Positions 39,076-47,646 of a stretch of DNA of 64,000 nt are shown here, piece by piece. Within the stretch, counting starts at the first letter, position 1. Every line of letters begins with the position of its first letter. The notes under the pieces were generated by a model, which was not told the origin of the DNA, searched no databases, and saw nothing but the letters and a program-made list of their open reading frames with translations. Location of the stretch: IMG/VR virus record IMGVR_UViG_2905373006_000003, positions 1-64,000 of that record. One strand, 5' to 3'. Made by a program: the position numbers and the translations under genes. The stretch comes from a virus (lineage: Duplodnaviria > Caudoviricetes).

Positions 39076-40555
39076 GCAGACGCCCCCAGAGTGTTGCCAC
39101 AAACAGTATCCGTGCCAGCCGCTCCTGAAGGTCTTCTGCGTTCATTTGCGGGTACAATTCGGCCAGTTCACCCAGTAGTTCGGACGGTGCCACACCATCT
39201 TCAACCCGCCTGAACAGCGGCGCTAAAACAGGTTCCAGCGTGCCATTTAATGCGCCGCCGTTCATCAGAATATCCAGCGCCTCGTCAAGCTGCTGCTGTG
39301 CCTGAATATCGGCATCAATCGCCTCGGCGAACGACAGCGACGACATGGCGTTCTTCTGTCGCTCAGACGATGGTGTCTCATCAATATCGCCGTCCTGCAG
39401 CTGGTATTCACGTTTGAAGTATTGCGGGGTGAAAACCACACCGGCACGGGTGAGTTTCTCATCCCGGGTCGCCTGGGTATCATCGACCGTTCCCTGTTCC
39501 CACATTTTCCAGACGGGACAGGCGACATCACCGAAGTTCATCGAGACCGCCATCCTGATGGCCTGATTCACCGCACTTTCCACGATATCCGCATCCGCAT
39601 CGCGGATATCATCGGTGACCTCCAGTCCGGCCTGCGCGGAGGCACGGTTACTGTTGGCCTCGGTGGTCTGATTCTGCCCCAGCAGCGCGATGGATATTTC
39701 ACTGCGGGCAAGCGTTATCAGGTTCTGATAAATATCGCTGCTATCGGCCTTGCCTGCGGCTTCCTTGATTTCAATGGAGGAATCATCAGGGATGGCGGCT
39801 ACCGCGTCTTCCACCATGGTTTCCATGGAGTCCAGCAACAGGTCAATTTCACTCTGTGCGGTATTACGCGGATGCTTGCCAATCACCCACGGTGAACCGT
39901 ATTTCTCGGCAAATCGCACCCAGAATTTCATACCGCCTTTTTTGAAAGTCACCGGCCAGAAGCACATTGACAGGTCAGGGAAGCCATACGGGTTATCATA
40001 AGTGGCATCCTGACGCGGAACGACGAACTTGTTCAGGGGAACGTCTTCCCCCTCCGTCCCGGCATCTTTCGCCCGGAAACGCAGCCGGTTGTCGTTGTCG
40101 AACAGGAACCATTCCGGTGGTTTGCCCACGATATCGGTGATGTGCCAGGCGCGGACGGAGCGTCCCCACATAACCTCACAGGGCTGATAGCCGTAGAGAA
40201 CGGCATCCGTCATCTCACCGATAATGCGGGACAAATCCAGGTCGTCAAGCATATCCCGGATGAAGCTGAACACACGGGCAGGAGCATGACCGCGCTCAAG
40301 TCCGCGCTCCAGCGATTTAACCGCAGCCTTACGCCTGCGGATACAACCACCGACCAGCGGGTCGGTACGCAACTCACGATAAATACGAATATCCCGGCCC
40401 TGTGATTTCAGAATGGGGTCAGGGTTAGGCAGGTACATGCCCAGTCCGAAGAAGTCGATGGCACGACTGCGGGAGGCAATCTGTGCGGTCAGTGTTTTTG
40501 CCGGTTCGGCAAACGAGACAAATTCAGTGGGCGAAATCCAGAGTCCTCTGGCCAT
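39056..40555 (-). CDS. Portal protein (DUF935/Mu gp29-like)
   Basis: FAEKYGSP, ISIALLGQNQTT motifs. Confidence 0.92.
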   Translation of the reverse strand: MARGLWISPTEFVSFAEPAKTLTAQIASRSRAIDFFGLGMYLPNPDPILKSQGRDIRIYRELRTDPLVGGCIRRRKAAVKSLERGLERGHAPARVFSFIRDMLDDLDLSRIIGEMTDAVLYGYQPCEVMWGRSVRAWHITDIVGKPPEWFLFDNDNRLRFRAKDAGTEGEDVPLNKFVVPRQDATYDNPYGFPDLSMCFWPVTFKKGGMKFWVRFAEKYGSPWVIGKHPRNTAQSEIDLLLDSMETMVEDAVAAIPDDSSIEIKEAAGKADSSDIYQNLITLARSEISIALLGQNQTTEANSNRASAQAGLEVTDDIRDADADIVESAVNQAIRMAVSMNFGDVACPVWKMWEQGTVDDTQATRDEKLTRAGVVFTPQYFKREYQLQDGDIDETPSSERQKNAMSSLSFAEAIDADIQAQQQLDEALDILMNGGALNGTLEPVLAPLFRRVEDGVAPSELLGELAELYPQMNAEDLQERLARILFVATLWGRLHERDHG

Positions 40556-42150
40556 CAGAATCCCTCCAGCAGCCGGGCCGCCTGACGCCGCCGACGGGAC
40601 GTTGCCTTCACCGGCCCTTTGTTAATTTCACGGCTGGCAAAATACGCCAGCGCCAGTGCAATGGCAGCATCACCATGACGTTTGCCGCCGTCTGTTTTGG
40701 ATTTTGACCGTAGTTCCGGCACGCGCGGAACACCGTTGACGACCTGAACCGCCCGCAGGTCGTCCAGCGTATCCTCATCTTTTGGTAAATCCACGAGGTT
40801 GCCGTCTTCCAGAGCGGCTTTGACCGGCGGCATATGCTCACGGTACCAGCCTTCGGTTGGCATCACCTGTTTTACCCGGCTGGCACCGTAGCGCTGCATG
40901 GCGTATTCCGCCAGATACGCACCGTTACCCCGGGCGTCAAATGCGGCACCCAGTAAACCGGGCAGCCCATCCATCAGATACCAGGTGATTTGCTCCTGTT
41001 GTTTGAACGGCACGTTACGCAGCTCCAGCACGAACGGCACCCGTCGTATCAGGTTTTTTTCCTGTAACAGGGGATAATCCACTGACAGGTCACCACTGCG
41101 GCCAAAGTCACGCCCAAGGAAAGAACGGGCATCAGCTGGCAGCTTTTCCAGCTGTGGTTTGAGGTGTTCATCCAGCCAGTCCTGCGTCTCGCGGAAACGT
41201 TCGTCGTCGGGCTTCAGTTCGTAGCCTTCCGGACAGGTCAGGCGCAACACCGGCGTACCAGCCGACATCCGGGACTCAATCAGGGCACGGGACAACCAGG
41301 CACCGCCGCCGTTGGCAGGAACACAGTCAAGCTCCTCGGATGCACCGGCACCGTAGAATTTGTACACCGATGCCATCCACGCCTGTTCAGACGCCTGTGA
41401 CCATTCCTGCCCGGTACGCAGGCAGACACGACGGAACAGTCCTTCCGCCACCGCATCTCTGAACGTAATGCGGTGAATACAGCCTCCCTGACGCCCGGCG
41501 CGGATGTCACCAATCAGGGTATTGAACGGATTATCATCACCGTTATGCGTGGAGATAACGCGCACTTTACCGCCCCAGATAAGCATCGCCAGCGCCGCCT
41601 TCAGCAGCTCGTCCAGTTGCTCATGGAACGCGGCCTCATCGATAACGATGATCCCCTGACGGCCACGCAGGTTAGACGGACGGCTGGAGAGAGCCACCAC
41701 GCGGAAGCCGGAATCCGGGAATCTGATGGTGTAGGTTTTGATGTGTTTGTCGTCTTCGTCCTCTTCCCAGAACCCCTCTTCGATTTCGCCTGCGGCATAG
41801 TTGAATGCCCGTGCCCACATCGCACACGCCTGAATATACTCAATGGTCATGTCCTGGTTATAGGCGATGTAATAGACATTCATCCCGCCTGCGGTGACGG
41901 AGGACGCGGCGGTCAGTACGTTATCGGATGCCTCAGCCCAGGTGATACCAGTTCGGCGGCTCTTCTCCATCACCTTAAGCGGAGACGTGTCTGCCACCCA
42001 GCGCTGCTGGTAGGGCATCAGAACGACGGGAATATCCAGCGCCGAGGTATCGGGTAAAACAGGAGTCAGGTTATTCGTCCCATCCGTGGGACTCACCCCT
42101 CCGGGGCCGCCGCCAGCGGCGTTCAAAATCACTCCGGATGATTTTTTCAT
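40555..42150 (-). CDS. terL: Terminase large subunit (Mu gp28-like)
   Basis: EKSRRTG, IDEAAF, ISTHNG, HGDAAIA motifs. Confidence 0.93.
   Translation of the reverse strand: MKKSSGVILNAAGGGPGGVSPTDGTNNLTPVLPDTSALDIPVVLMPYQQRWVADTSPLKVMEKSRRTGITWAEASDNVLTAASSVTAGGMNVYYIAYNQDMTIEYIQACAMWARAFNYAAGEIEEGFWEEDEDDKHIKTYTIRFPDSGFRVVALSSRPSNLRGRQGIIVIDEAAFHEQLDELLKAALAMLIWGGKVRVISTHNGDDNPFNTLIGDIRAGRQGGCIHRITFRDAVAEGLFRRVCLRTGQEWSQASEQAWMASVYKFYGAGASEELDCVPANGGGAWLSRALIESRMSAGTPVLRLTCPEGYELKPDDERFRETQDWLDEHLKPQLEKLPADARSFLGRDFGRSGDLSVDYPLLQEKNLIRRVPFVLELRNVPFKQQEQITWYLMDGLPGLLGAAFDARGNGAYLAEYAMQRYGASRVKQVMPTEGWYREHMPPVKAALEDGNLVDLPKDEDTLDDLRAVQVVNGVPRVPELRSKSKTDGGKRHGDAAIALALAYFASREINKGPVKATSRRRRQAARLLEGF
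42077..42145. repeat. Four-hairpin palindromic element embedded in frame in the terL 5' end
   Basis: GTCCCA/TGGGAC, CCCC/GGGG, CGCCGC/GCGGCG, AAAATCA/TGATTTT stems in tandem. Confidence 0.7.
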
Positions 42151-42692
42151 GAGGCAATCCCCAAGATTTCACGGCGCAACGCCAGCACTGCATCGGCTGA
42201 AAGGCCACCTTTGCGGGCAATTTTCTCGGCGTTGCGGGCGGCCTGCTGTGCTCTGGTGCGGACTTCGGTCTGAAACTTTTTCAGGTTGACAGAGGCGCGG
42301 GACAGAGTGGCCACATTCTTCGCCACCTTCGACAGCAACTCCACGCGCTCTTTGGGATCAATTTCACCTTCTTCCGCCTCCTGCAGCTGAACAATGCTCT
42401 CGAACAGTTCGGTCTGAATCAGAGCAATAACCGCCTCCGAACGTGCATCCTGATCATCTGCCGCACCTTCGGTCAGCATGCGTGCCGCTTCTGTTGCCGC
42501 ACGGATAGCGCCATAGCGGCGCTCAATCTTCTGTCCATAGCGATGGATAGCGGATTTGCTGATGACATAACCCCGTTCACGCAGCAGGGATTCCAGCTCG
42601 TTATATCCGCTGAAGCCGGATTCAGTCAGCGCCCGCTCAAGCCAGCGGCGCACGTCTTCCGGCAGTTTTTCTATTGAGCTGCGTCTGGCCAT
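42147..42692 (-). CDS. DUF3486 protein (Mu gp27-like, putative small terminase)
   Basis: RSSIEKLP, ISKSAIHRY motifs. Confidence 0.88.
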   Translation of the reverse strand: MARRSSIEKLPEDVRRWLERALTESGFSGYNELESLLRERGYVISKSAIHRYGQKIERRYGAIRAATEAARMLTEGAADDQDARSEAVIALIQTELFESIVQLQEAEEGEIDPKERVELLSKVAKNVATLSRASVNLKKFQTEVRTRAQQAARNAEKIARKGGLSADAVLALRREILGIAS

Positions 42693-43003
42693 TATTCACT
42701 CCAGTATTTCTGCGGGCGGGCAATACCGGGACCACACTCCACGGTATACTCCACAATATCCACGCCGAGACGGGTCAGATCCGCAAACCAGTCACCGGAG
42801 GGTTTCTTCTCCAGATCAACCATCTTACGGTCAGACAGATAATCCAGCTCACGGCGTAATTCCAGTGCGGTGGTATCCGGATAAATAGCTCTGGCCACAT
42901 CCAGTAACAGGGTCTCACTGGCGGTATAAGGGCGGGTTTTATTCAGTGCCACCAACAGACTCCAGCGCAGGGATTCGCGGCGCACCCGGGTAATATCAAC
43001 CAT
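42692..43003 (-). CDS. Mu gp26-like winged-helix protein
   Basis: ELDYL, LT..G.D, PGIARP motifs. Confidence 0.75.
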   Translation of the reverse strand: MVDITRVRRESLRWSLLVALNKTRPYTASETLLLDVARAIYPDTTALELRRELDYLSDRKMVDLEKKPSGDWFADLTRLGVDIVEYTVECGPGIARPQKYWSE

Positions 43004-43331
43004 GACTCTGACCTCCGGTATTCCGGTACTGCTGTACCACTTCCAGTTTGTTATAAAGCGCGTCCAGTTTGGCCTCGATGACCGTCTGTCCCCGGATATA
43101 ATCTTCCCGGCGGACGTAATTCAGCGGTAAATCCGCCCTGAAACGCATGAACTCTTTTTCCAGCGCTCCCCATTCAGAGGCGGACTGGTGTAATGCCTGT
43201 TCCAGTGAGGCGAAACGGGCGGCCTGACGTTCCTCAGCCTTACTGAACAACCACTTGGCCATGCCGCCGACAAAGCTCATGAAGGTGATGAGAAAACCCA
43301 CCACCGTCCAGAATTCAATCTGTAATGTCAT
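42996..43331 (-). CDS. Membrane-anchored coiled-coil protein of the lysis region
   Basis: N-terminal TM, LPLNYVRREDY motif. Confidence 0.75.
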   Translation of the reverse strand: MTLQIEFWTVVGFLITFMSFVGGMAKWLFSKAEERQAARFASLEQALHQSASEWGALEKEFMRFRADLPLNYVRREDYIRGQTVIEAKLDALYNKLEVVQQYRNTGGQSHG

Positions 43332-43981
43332 TGTTGTAATCCTTCCCGTTCATCCAGCAGGGCATTTATCTGGGTTCGCCAGATTCGGCACTGTGTTGCG
43401 TTGTCGATAAGGTTGGCAAGGATGTCCTGCTGTGTGACACCTGAGTCGCGTAGCCGGGAGTCAGCGGCTTCAGCTGACCAGGACGTTGTGCCAGTGCCGG
43501 TACCAGCGGCGGCACCGGAGTCTGAACGACCGGTGTCGGCGGATGCGTTGTCATATCCGAGCGCGGCGTTGTACCGGCGCACGAAACCGCGAGTAAACAC
43601 ACACTTAATGGGATGGCTTTTGCCTTTTTCATCCATCCAGCGTTGGGTAACATCGTTAATCTTCCCCTGTAATTGTTGGTTCTGTGTCTTAAGCTGAGCT
43701 ATCTGCTCAAGGTAATCCGCCCCGGCCTGCTGCCCGGCGGCGACCTGAGCCTGATAGCGGGCGGCCCAGGCTTTGAGCGCGGCGTTCTCCCGCTCTGCCT
43801 GTACTCTTCGGTACTGATTAAATTCAGACTGCAGTTTATTAACGGCTACCACTCCATCACGCGCGGCGGCATCGTGACCGGTGGTGTATCCCATGTGATA
43901 CACCCCGGCGAGAAATCCGCTGATAATCAGGAACAGCAACAATTCGCGCCACGGCAGTTTTTTTATCAGCTTAATCCACAC
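43328..43981 (-). CDS. i-spanin (Rz-like)
   Basis: GTG start, one TM then coiled coil; follows the endolysin. Confidence 0.75.
   Translation of the reverse strand: MWIKLIKKLPWRELLLFLIISGFLAGVYHMGYTTGHDAAARDGVVAVNKLQSEFNQYRRVQAERENAALKAWAARYQAQVAAGQQAGADYLEQIAQLKTQNQQLQGKINDVTQRWMDEKGKSHPIKCVFTRGFVRRYNAALGYDNASADTGRSDSGAAAGTGTGTTSWSAEAADSRLRDSGVTQQDILANLIDNATQCRIWRTQINALLDEREGLQQ
43366..43632 (-). CDS. Embedded o-spanin (Rz1-like lipoprotein)
   Basis: MKKAKAIPLSVCLLAVSC lipobox-like signal, Pro-rich, nested in another frame of Rz. Confidence 0.6.
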   Translation of the reverse strand: MKKAKAIPLSVCLLAVSCAGTTPRSDMTTHPPTPVVQTPVPPLVPALAQRPGQLKPLTPGYATQVSHSRTSLPTLSTTQHSAESGEPR

Positions 43982-44693
43982 AGCTACCGCCTCCCCAGGA
44001 GCGGTAACGCGGTGCCAGTTCCCGTAAAATACGCTGCGGATAGTGACGGTTCTCGCGCCAATTGGCGGTGCTGCGTCCGGCATTGACGGTGGCGACATGA
44101 CCAAACCAGCGCAGGCTGTCCAGCCCCTGCTGTGAAGCCAGCCGTTTGTCCCGTTGTACCCAGCCCAGACCACCGTTATAGCCCGACAGCGTCATGGCCA
44201 TACGTTCGCAGTTATCAGCCGCACTGACACGCTGCCACAGCCAGTGGTCATAACTGACCAGTGCCCGGACAGCCCAGGACGGATTAAACGGCTCACGTGA
44301 GCGCAGTTCAGGAACGGTGTGGCTTATCCAGTCGGCGGTGGCAGGCATGAACTGCGCCATACCCTGAGCACCCGCCGGTGATACGGCACCGGGACGCCAG
44401 CCACTTTCCTGATGCAGTTGTGCGGCAAAATCAGCCACCGGTGCACTCATTCCCCATTCAAGCCGGGCATGACGGATCACCTCGTCGCGATACTGCAGGG
44501 CAGCCTGCGGGGGCTGTGCTGCTGCGGCCTGACTGAAAAAAACGCCGCACCAGAGCAACCACGCAATAAGCAGATTGTCCATAAGCTTCCACCAGAAACT
44601 GTATTTATCGTTGCGTGGTTCACCATGTTTAATGGCGGTTGCGCCCAGACAAAAAGCAATCAGAAAGATGAATGTAATCTGAGGCCAGTTCAT
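43971..44693 (-). CDS. Lytic transglycosylase endolysin with two N-terminal TM segments
   Basis: QES, GAQGMAQFMP, YNGG SLT motifs. Confidence 0.92.
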   Translation of the reverse strand: MNWPQITFIFLIAFCLGATAIKHGEPRNDKYSFWWKLMDNLLIAWLLWCGVFFSQAAAAQPPQAALQYRDEVIRHARLEWGMSAPVADFAAQLHQESGWRPGAVSPAGAQGMAQFMPATADWISHTVPELRSREPFNPSWAVRALVSYDHWLWQRVSAADNCERMAMTLSGYNGGLGWVQRDKRLASQQGLDSLRWFGHVATVNAGRSTANWRENRHYPQRILRELAPRYRSWGGGSCVD

Positions 44694-44695
44694 GG

Positions 44696-45052
44696 TTACA
44701 GCCCTGTCGCGACGGCCAGACAGACTGCAGCGACAATCAGCGCACGGCGGATTAATGCGGCAGCGAACACCAGATGGCGTCCGGTCTGGACAGGATAGCG
44801 GCCTTCTGCCATCAGTGTTTTATCGTGTAACAGATACTGACCGGGGCGGGCTTTGGGGAACAGCGAACGGTCAAGCCAGTAACCCAGTACGGCAGCTAAG
44901 GTGATCAGTGACAGTTTATAAATCACCACCGGTAGCTGTTGCGGGGAAACCATGCCGATAATGCCAAGCAACAGAACAGCCATCAGTAACCAGCCACCTA
45001 AACGAGGTTTTTTAACCGAAGAAAAAAACGATTTGAGGTATTTCATGAGCAA
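44696..45052 (-). CDS. Holin
   Basis: TM segments, GYWLDRSLFP, RRALIV motifs. Confidence 0.85.
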   Translation of the reverse strand: MLMKYLKSFFSSVKKPRLGGWLLMAVLLLGIIGMVSPQQLPVVIYKLSLITLAAVLGYWLDRSLFPKARPGQYLLHDKTLMAEGRYPVQTGRHLVFAAALIRRALIVAAVCLAVATGL

Positions 45053-45072
45053 TCTCCTTGAGTCGTGGAGAC

Positions 45073-45117
45073 AGCATCACAGGTGGCCAGGGAAAGGGAT
45101 TTTAAACAGCGTTAATA
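45073..45117 (-). promoter_or_regulatory. Putative late promoter (lysis/packaging operon)
   Basis: ATTAAC-GCTGT-TTAAAA, 21 nt, GATGCT. Confidence 0.7.
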
Positions 45118-45210
45118 GTGATACGACGGCGCAAAACACATGATTACTTTGAAAGAACACCAGCGCCTGACCGGCCAACAATTACAGATATTTCTCTGAA
45201 GGGTAAATGT

Positions 45211-45468
45211 ATGACTTCAGCAACTACTAAACACAGTTCACTCTGTCTGATGGGGATTACCTGCGATGAATATGACACCGCAGAAAAAATTTACACCCTC
45301 AGCGTCAATGCTGACAACCTTGAGGAATCGATAAGAGAGATACGCTCCGCACTTGAACAGATAGATAGTATGCTTAGTCCAATCCTGGAAGATGAGCTGA
45401 ACGGAATACTTATCGGACAGATAAAATTGACGATTAGTGCTAATCCAAAAAGCAGATCGCCTTACTAG
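45211..45468 (+). CDS. Small acidic hypothetical moron protein
   Basis: 85-aa ORF with GAAGGG upstream; AT-richer than the flanks. Confidence 0.6.
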   Translation: MTSATTKHSSLCLMGITCDEYDTAEKIYTLSVNADNLEESIREIRSALEQIDSMLSPILEDELNGILIGQIKLTISANPKSRSPY

Positions 45469-45488
45469 CTATCTGACTGCCATTTTGT

Positions 45489-46070
45489 TCATTCACTTAC
45501 CCGTCGGCCTGTTTTTGCCGGAAGTGGGATCAATATCTCCCAGAATGGCTCTTCACCATTTGTATATGCAAGACTTTCACCTGACCAGTACAGATACGCC
45601 TGGCGATATATATCCAGAATTGGGCCATTACTGTCAAGCAGTCTCATATCACCAAGGTGAACCGGTTTTTCGTTCCTGACTTCATATATCGGCGCTATCC
45701 GTATTCCATCATCACCACGTTCGCGGGCCAGCAATTCCCTGAATTGTTTAACCTCACTGATTTCCCGACAGGCAAACAGCGATTGATATCGGGATGGTTT
45801 CTCAGGGAAGTCGCTACGCCGAACCAGTTCAAATATCAGCCCAATCAAAAAGGCTTTATCTCTTTGATGGTTATCATCGAAAAGAGCAGGATTATAGAGG
45901 TAGTTATAGCCATGCTTCGACAACCCCTCGGGATATATTTGATTAAGGAAACCGGCCAATTCTGGCTGTTTTGGGGTATGGTGACGCAGTGTTATTACAT
46001 GAAATGGAAACAGACTATTTGCAGAATCTAGCGTGTAATACTTTTCCAACGTAAGGCATATCCTTATCAA
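45489..46070 (-). CDS. DUF2441-like ADP-ribosyltransferase-fold protein (start possibly 46049)
   Basis: FELVRR.DFP.KPSRYQSLFAC, AYLYWSG, PFWEILI motifs. Confidence 0.7.
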   Translation of the reverse strand: MIRICLTLEKYYTLDSANSLFPFHVITLRHHTPKQPELAGFLNQIYPEGLSKHGYNYLYNPALFDDNHQRDKAFLIGLIFELVRRSDFPEKPSRYQSLFACREISEVKQFRELLARERGDDGIRIAPIYEVRNEKPVHLGDMRLLDSNGPILDIYRQAYLYWSGESLAYTNGEEPFWEILIPLPAKTGRRVSE

Positions 46071-46104
46071 ATCAGCTAAATGACGTGTTCTTATGCTGCT
46101 ATCC

Positions 46105-46150
46105 AGTAAACTGCATTAATAGCCGCCGAATACTCCCAAAATGCATCCTG
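46105..46150 (+). promoter_or_regulatory. Putative late promoter for the methylase
   Basis: AGTAAA-CTGCA-TTAATA, 22 nt, CATCCT; same architecture as the four virion promoters. Confidence 0.6.
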
Positions 46151-46157
46151 ACAATGA

Positions 46158-46252
46158 AAGAACGACCAGCCCGGTGCGCGAACACCGGACTGGCCATCAA
46201 CCCACAGAGATTGCCTGTGAGCCGACCAGGGTTCAGTCAGTCCCGCGAGACC
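46158..46252 (-). ncRNA. Candidate cis-antisense sRNA to the methylase leader
   Basis: Minus-strand promoter TTTACA-17-CAGGCT (46286-46258) facing three hairpins that end in a T-rich stretch. Confidence 0.5.
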
Positions 46253-46299
46253 TGATTAGCCTGCCATATTTTTTAATTATTGTAAAAGGCTTACGGATA

Positions 46300-47070
46300 A
46301 TGAAAGAACGCACTTTACCCATCGTCCCCTGGATAGGGGGGAAACGTCGTCTGGCGAAACATATTTTACCGTTATTCCCGTCCCATACCTGTTATGTGGA
46401 ACCCTTCTGTGGAGCTGCTGCACTTTATTTTTTAAAAACGCCCAGTAAAACAGAGATTATTAATGATATTAACGGTGAGCTGATTAACCTTTACCGGGTG
46501 GTGAAACACCATCTGGAAGAATTTATCCGCCAGTTCAAATGGGCACTGGTCAGCCGCCAGATGTATAAATGGCTGCAGAACACCCCGGAAGAAATACTCA
46601 CGGATATTCAGCGGGCGGCACGGTTTTATTATCTTCAGAAGCAGGCTTTTGGTGGCAAAGTCGCAGAGCACAGCTTCGGAACGTCCACCACCAGCCCGCC
46701 ACGTTTTAACCTGCTGCGTATTGAAGAAGAGCTTTCTCTGGCGCATCTGAGGTTATCCAGAACGATCATTGAACATCTGGACTGGCGTCAGTGTATTGAA
46801 CGCTATGATCGGCCACACACGCTGTTTTACTGTGACCCGCCTTACTGGGGAACGGAAGGTTATGGTGTGGATTTTCCGATCGGAAACTATGTCCATATAG
46901 CTGAGCTGGCACGGAGTATCAAAGGCAGGATGATTATTTCGGTAAACGATATACCAGAAATGCGGCAGGCGTTTCAGGGGCTGACGATTCAGGTGGTTGA
47001 TATCAGCTACAACCTGAAGGTCACCGGAAAAGCAGCCCGCAAGAAGGAGTTGATTATTTGCAATTTCTAG
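46300..47070 (+). CDS. DNA adenine methyltransferase (D12/Dam class)
   Basis: PWIGGK, YVEPFCG, FYCDPPY motifs. Confidence 0.93.
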   Translation: MKERTLPIVPWIGGKRRLAKHILPLFPSHTCYVEPFCGAAALYFLKTPSKTEIINDINGELINLYRVVKHHLEEFIRQFKWALVSRQMYKWLQNTPEEILTDIQRAARFYYLQKQAFGGKVAEHSFGTSTTSPPRFNLLRIEEELSLAHLRLSRTIIEHLDWRQCIERYDRPHTLFYCDPPYWGTEGYGVDFPIGNYVHIAELARSIKGRMIISVNDIPEMRQAFQGLTIQVVDISYNLKVTGKAARKKELIICNF

Positions 47071-47205
47071 GTATCGGGGCGATATCGGGTCGCCCCAGTA
47101 TCCTTATTCATCGTGCTCATGATTACCTTCATTGAGTTTTTGTGTCCGGAAAGTAATGAAATCAACCACCTTGCCTTTGCCCCGGAAGTCCTATTCTGTA
47201 AGAAC

Positions 47206-47553
47206 TTATCCGGCACATTTACCCGGTTTGGGCTGTGTATAGAATCGCCCAACCTCAAGAAATGAGCGTTGTTGCTCCGGTGTCATTTCATCAAATGCGT
47301 CCATTAGTTTTTGCTTGTCTGGGGACATTTTTGGGATAACGCTGGAAATCAAAGTTCCTCTCTGTCCCGTAACAACGTAAAGCACATCAAGTCCTAAAGT
47401 AGCCCAAATAGCTAGAGCATCAGCCCCAGGGGATGATTCGTCTTTTTCCCACCGTAATTGGCTTTTATAGGATGCCCCTACCAATTCGGCAAACTCAGAT
47501 TGACTAAATCCCAGGCGGTTTCGTTCTTCTCTTAATCGTGATCCAAGTGACAT
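47206..47553 (-). CDS. Prophage repressor (XRE HTH)
   Basis: RLREERNRLGFSQSEFA HTH; divergent from the early operon. Confidence 0.9.
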   Translation of the reverse strand: MSLGSRLREERNRLGFSQSEFAELVGASYKSQLRWEKDESSPGADALAIWATLGLDVLYVVTGQRGTLISSVIPKMSPDKQKLMDAFDEMTPEQQRSFLEVGRFYTQPKPGKCAG

Positions 47554-47570
47554 ATTTGTCCATTTATCTA

Positions 47571-47599
47571 TTTACATATCCCAATTTTGGGATAATAAT
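47571..47599 (+). promoter_or_regulatory. Early promoter with operator palindrome
   Basis: TTTACA-17-AATAAT with TATCCCAA-TT-TTGGGATA between the boxes. Confidence 0.65.
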
Positions 47600-47646
47600 A
47601 TACCATATATAAGGCAAACATCATTGCATCAACAAAGGAGACAATC

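Noticed and set aside
25909-42057. Numerous long plus-strand ORFs (e.g. 25909-26589, 26910-27728, 33204-33839, 35728-36462, 41473-42057)
   Set aside because: They are antisense shadows of well-supported GC-rich virion genes and show no recognisable motifs.
46141-46299. N-terminal 53-aa extension of the Dam-like methylase
   Set aside because: Methylase motifs begin after ATG 46300; the upstream part is better explained as a structured leader.
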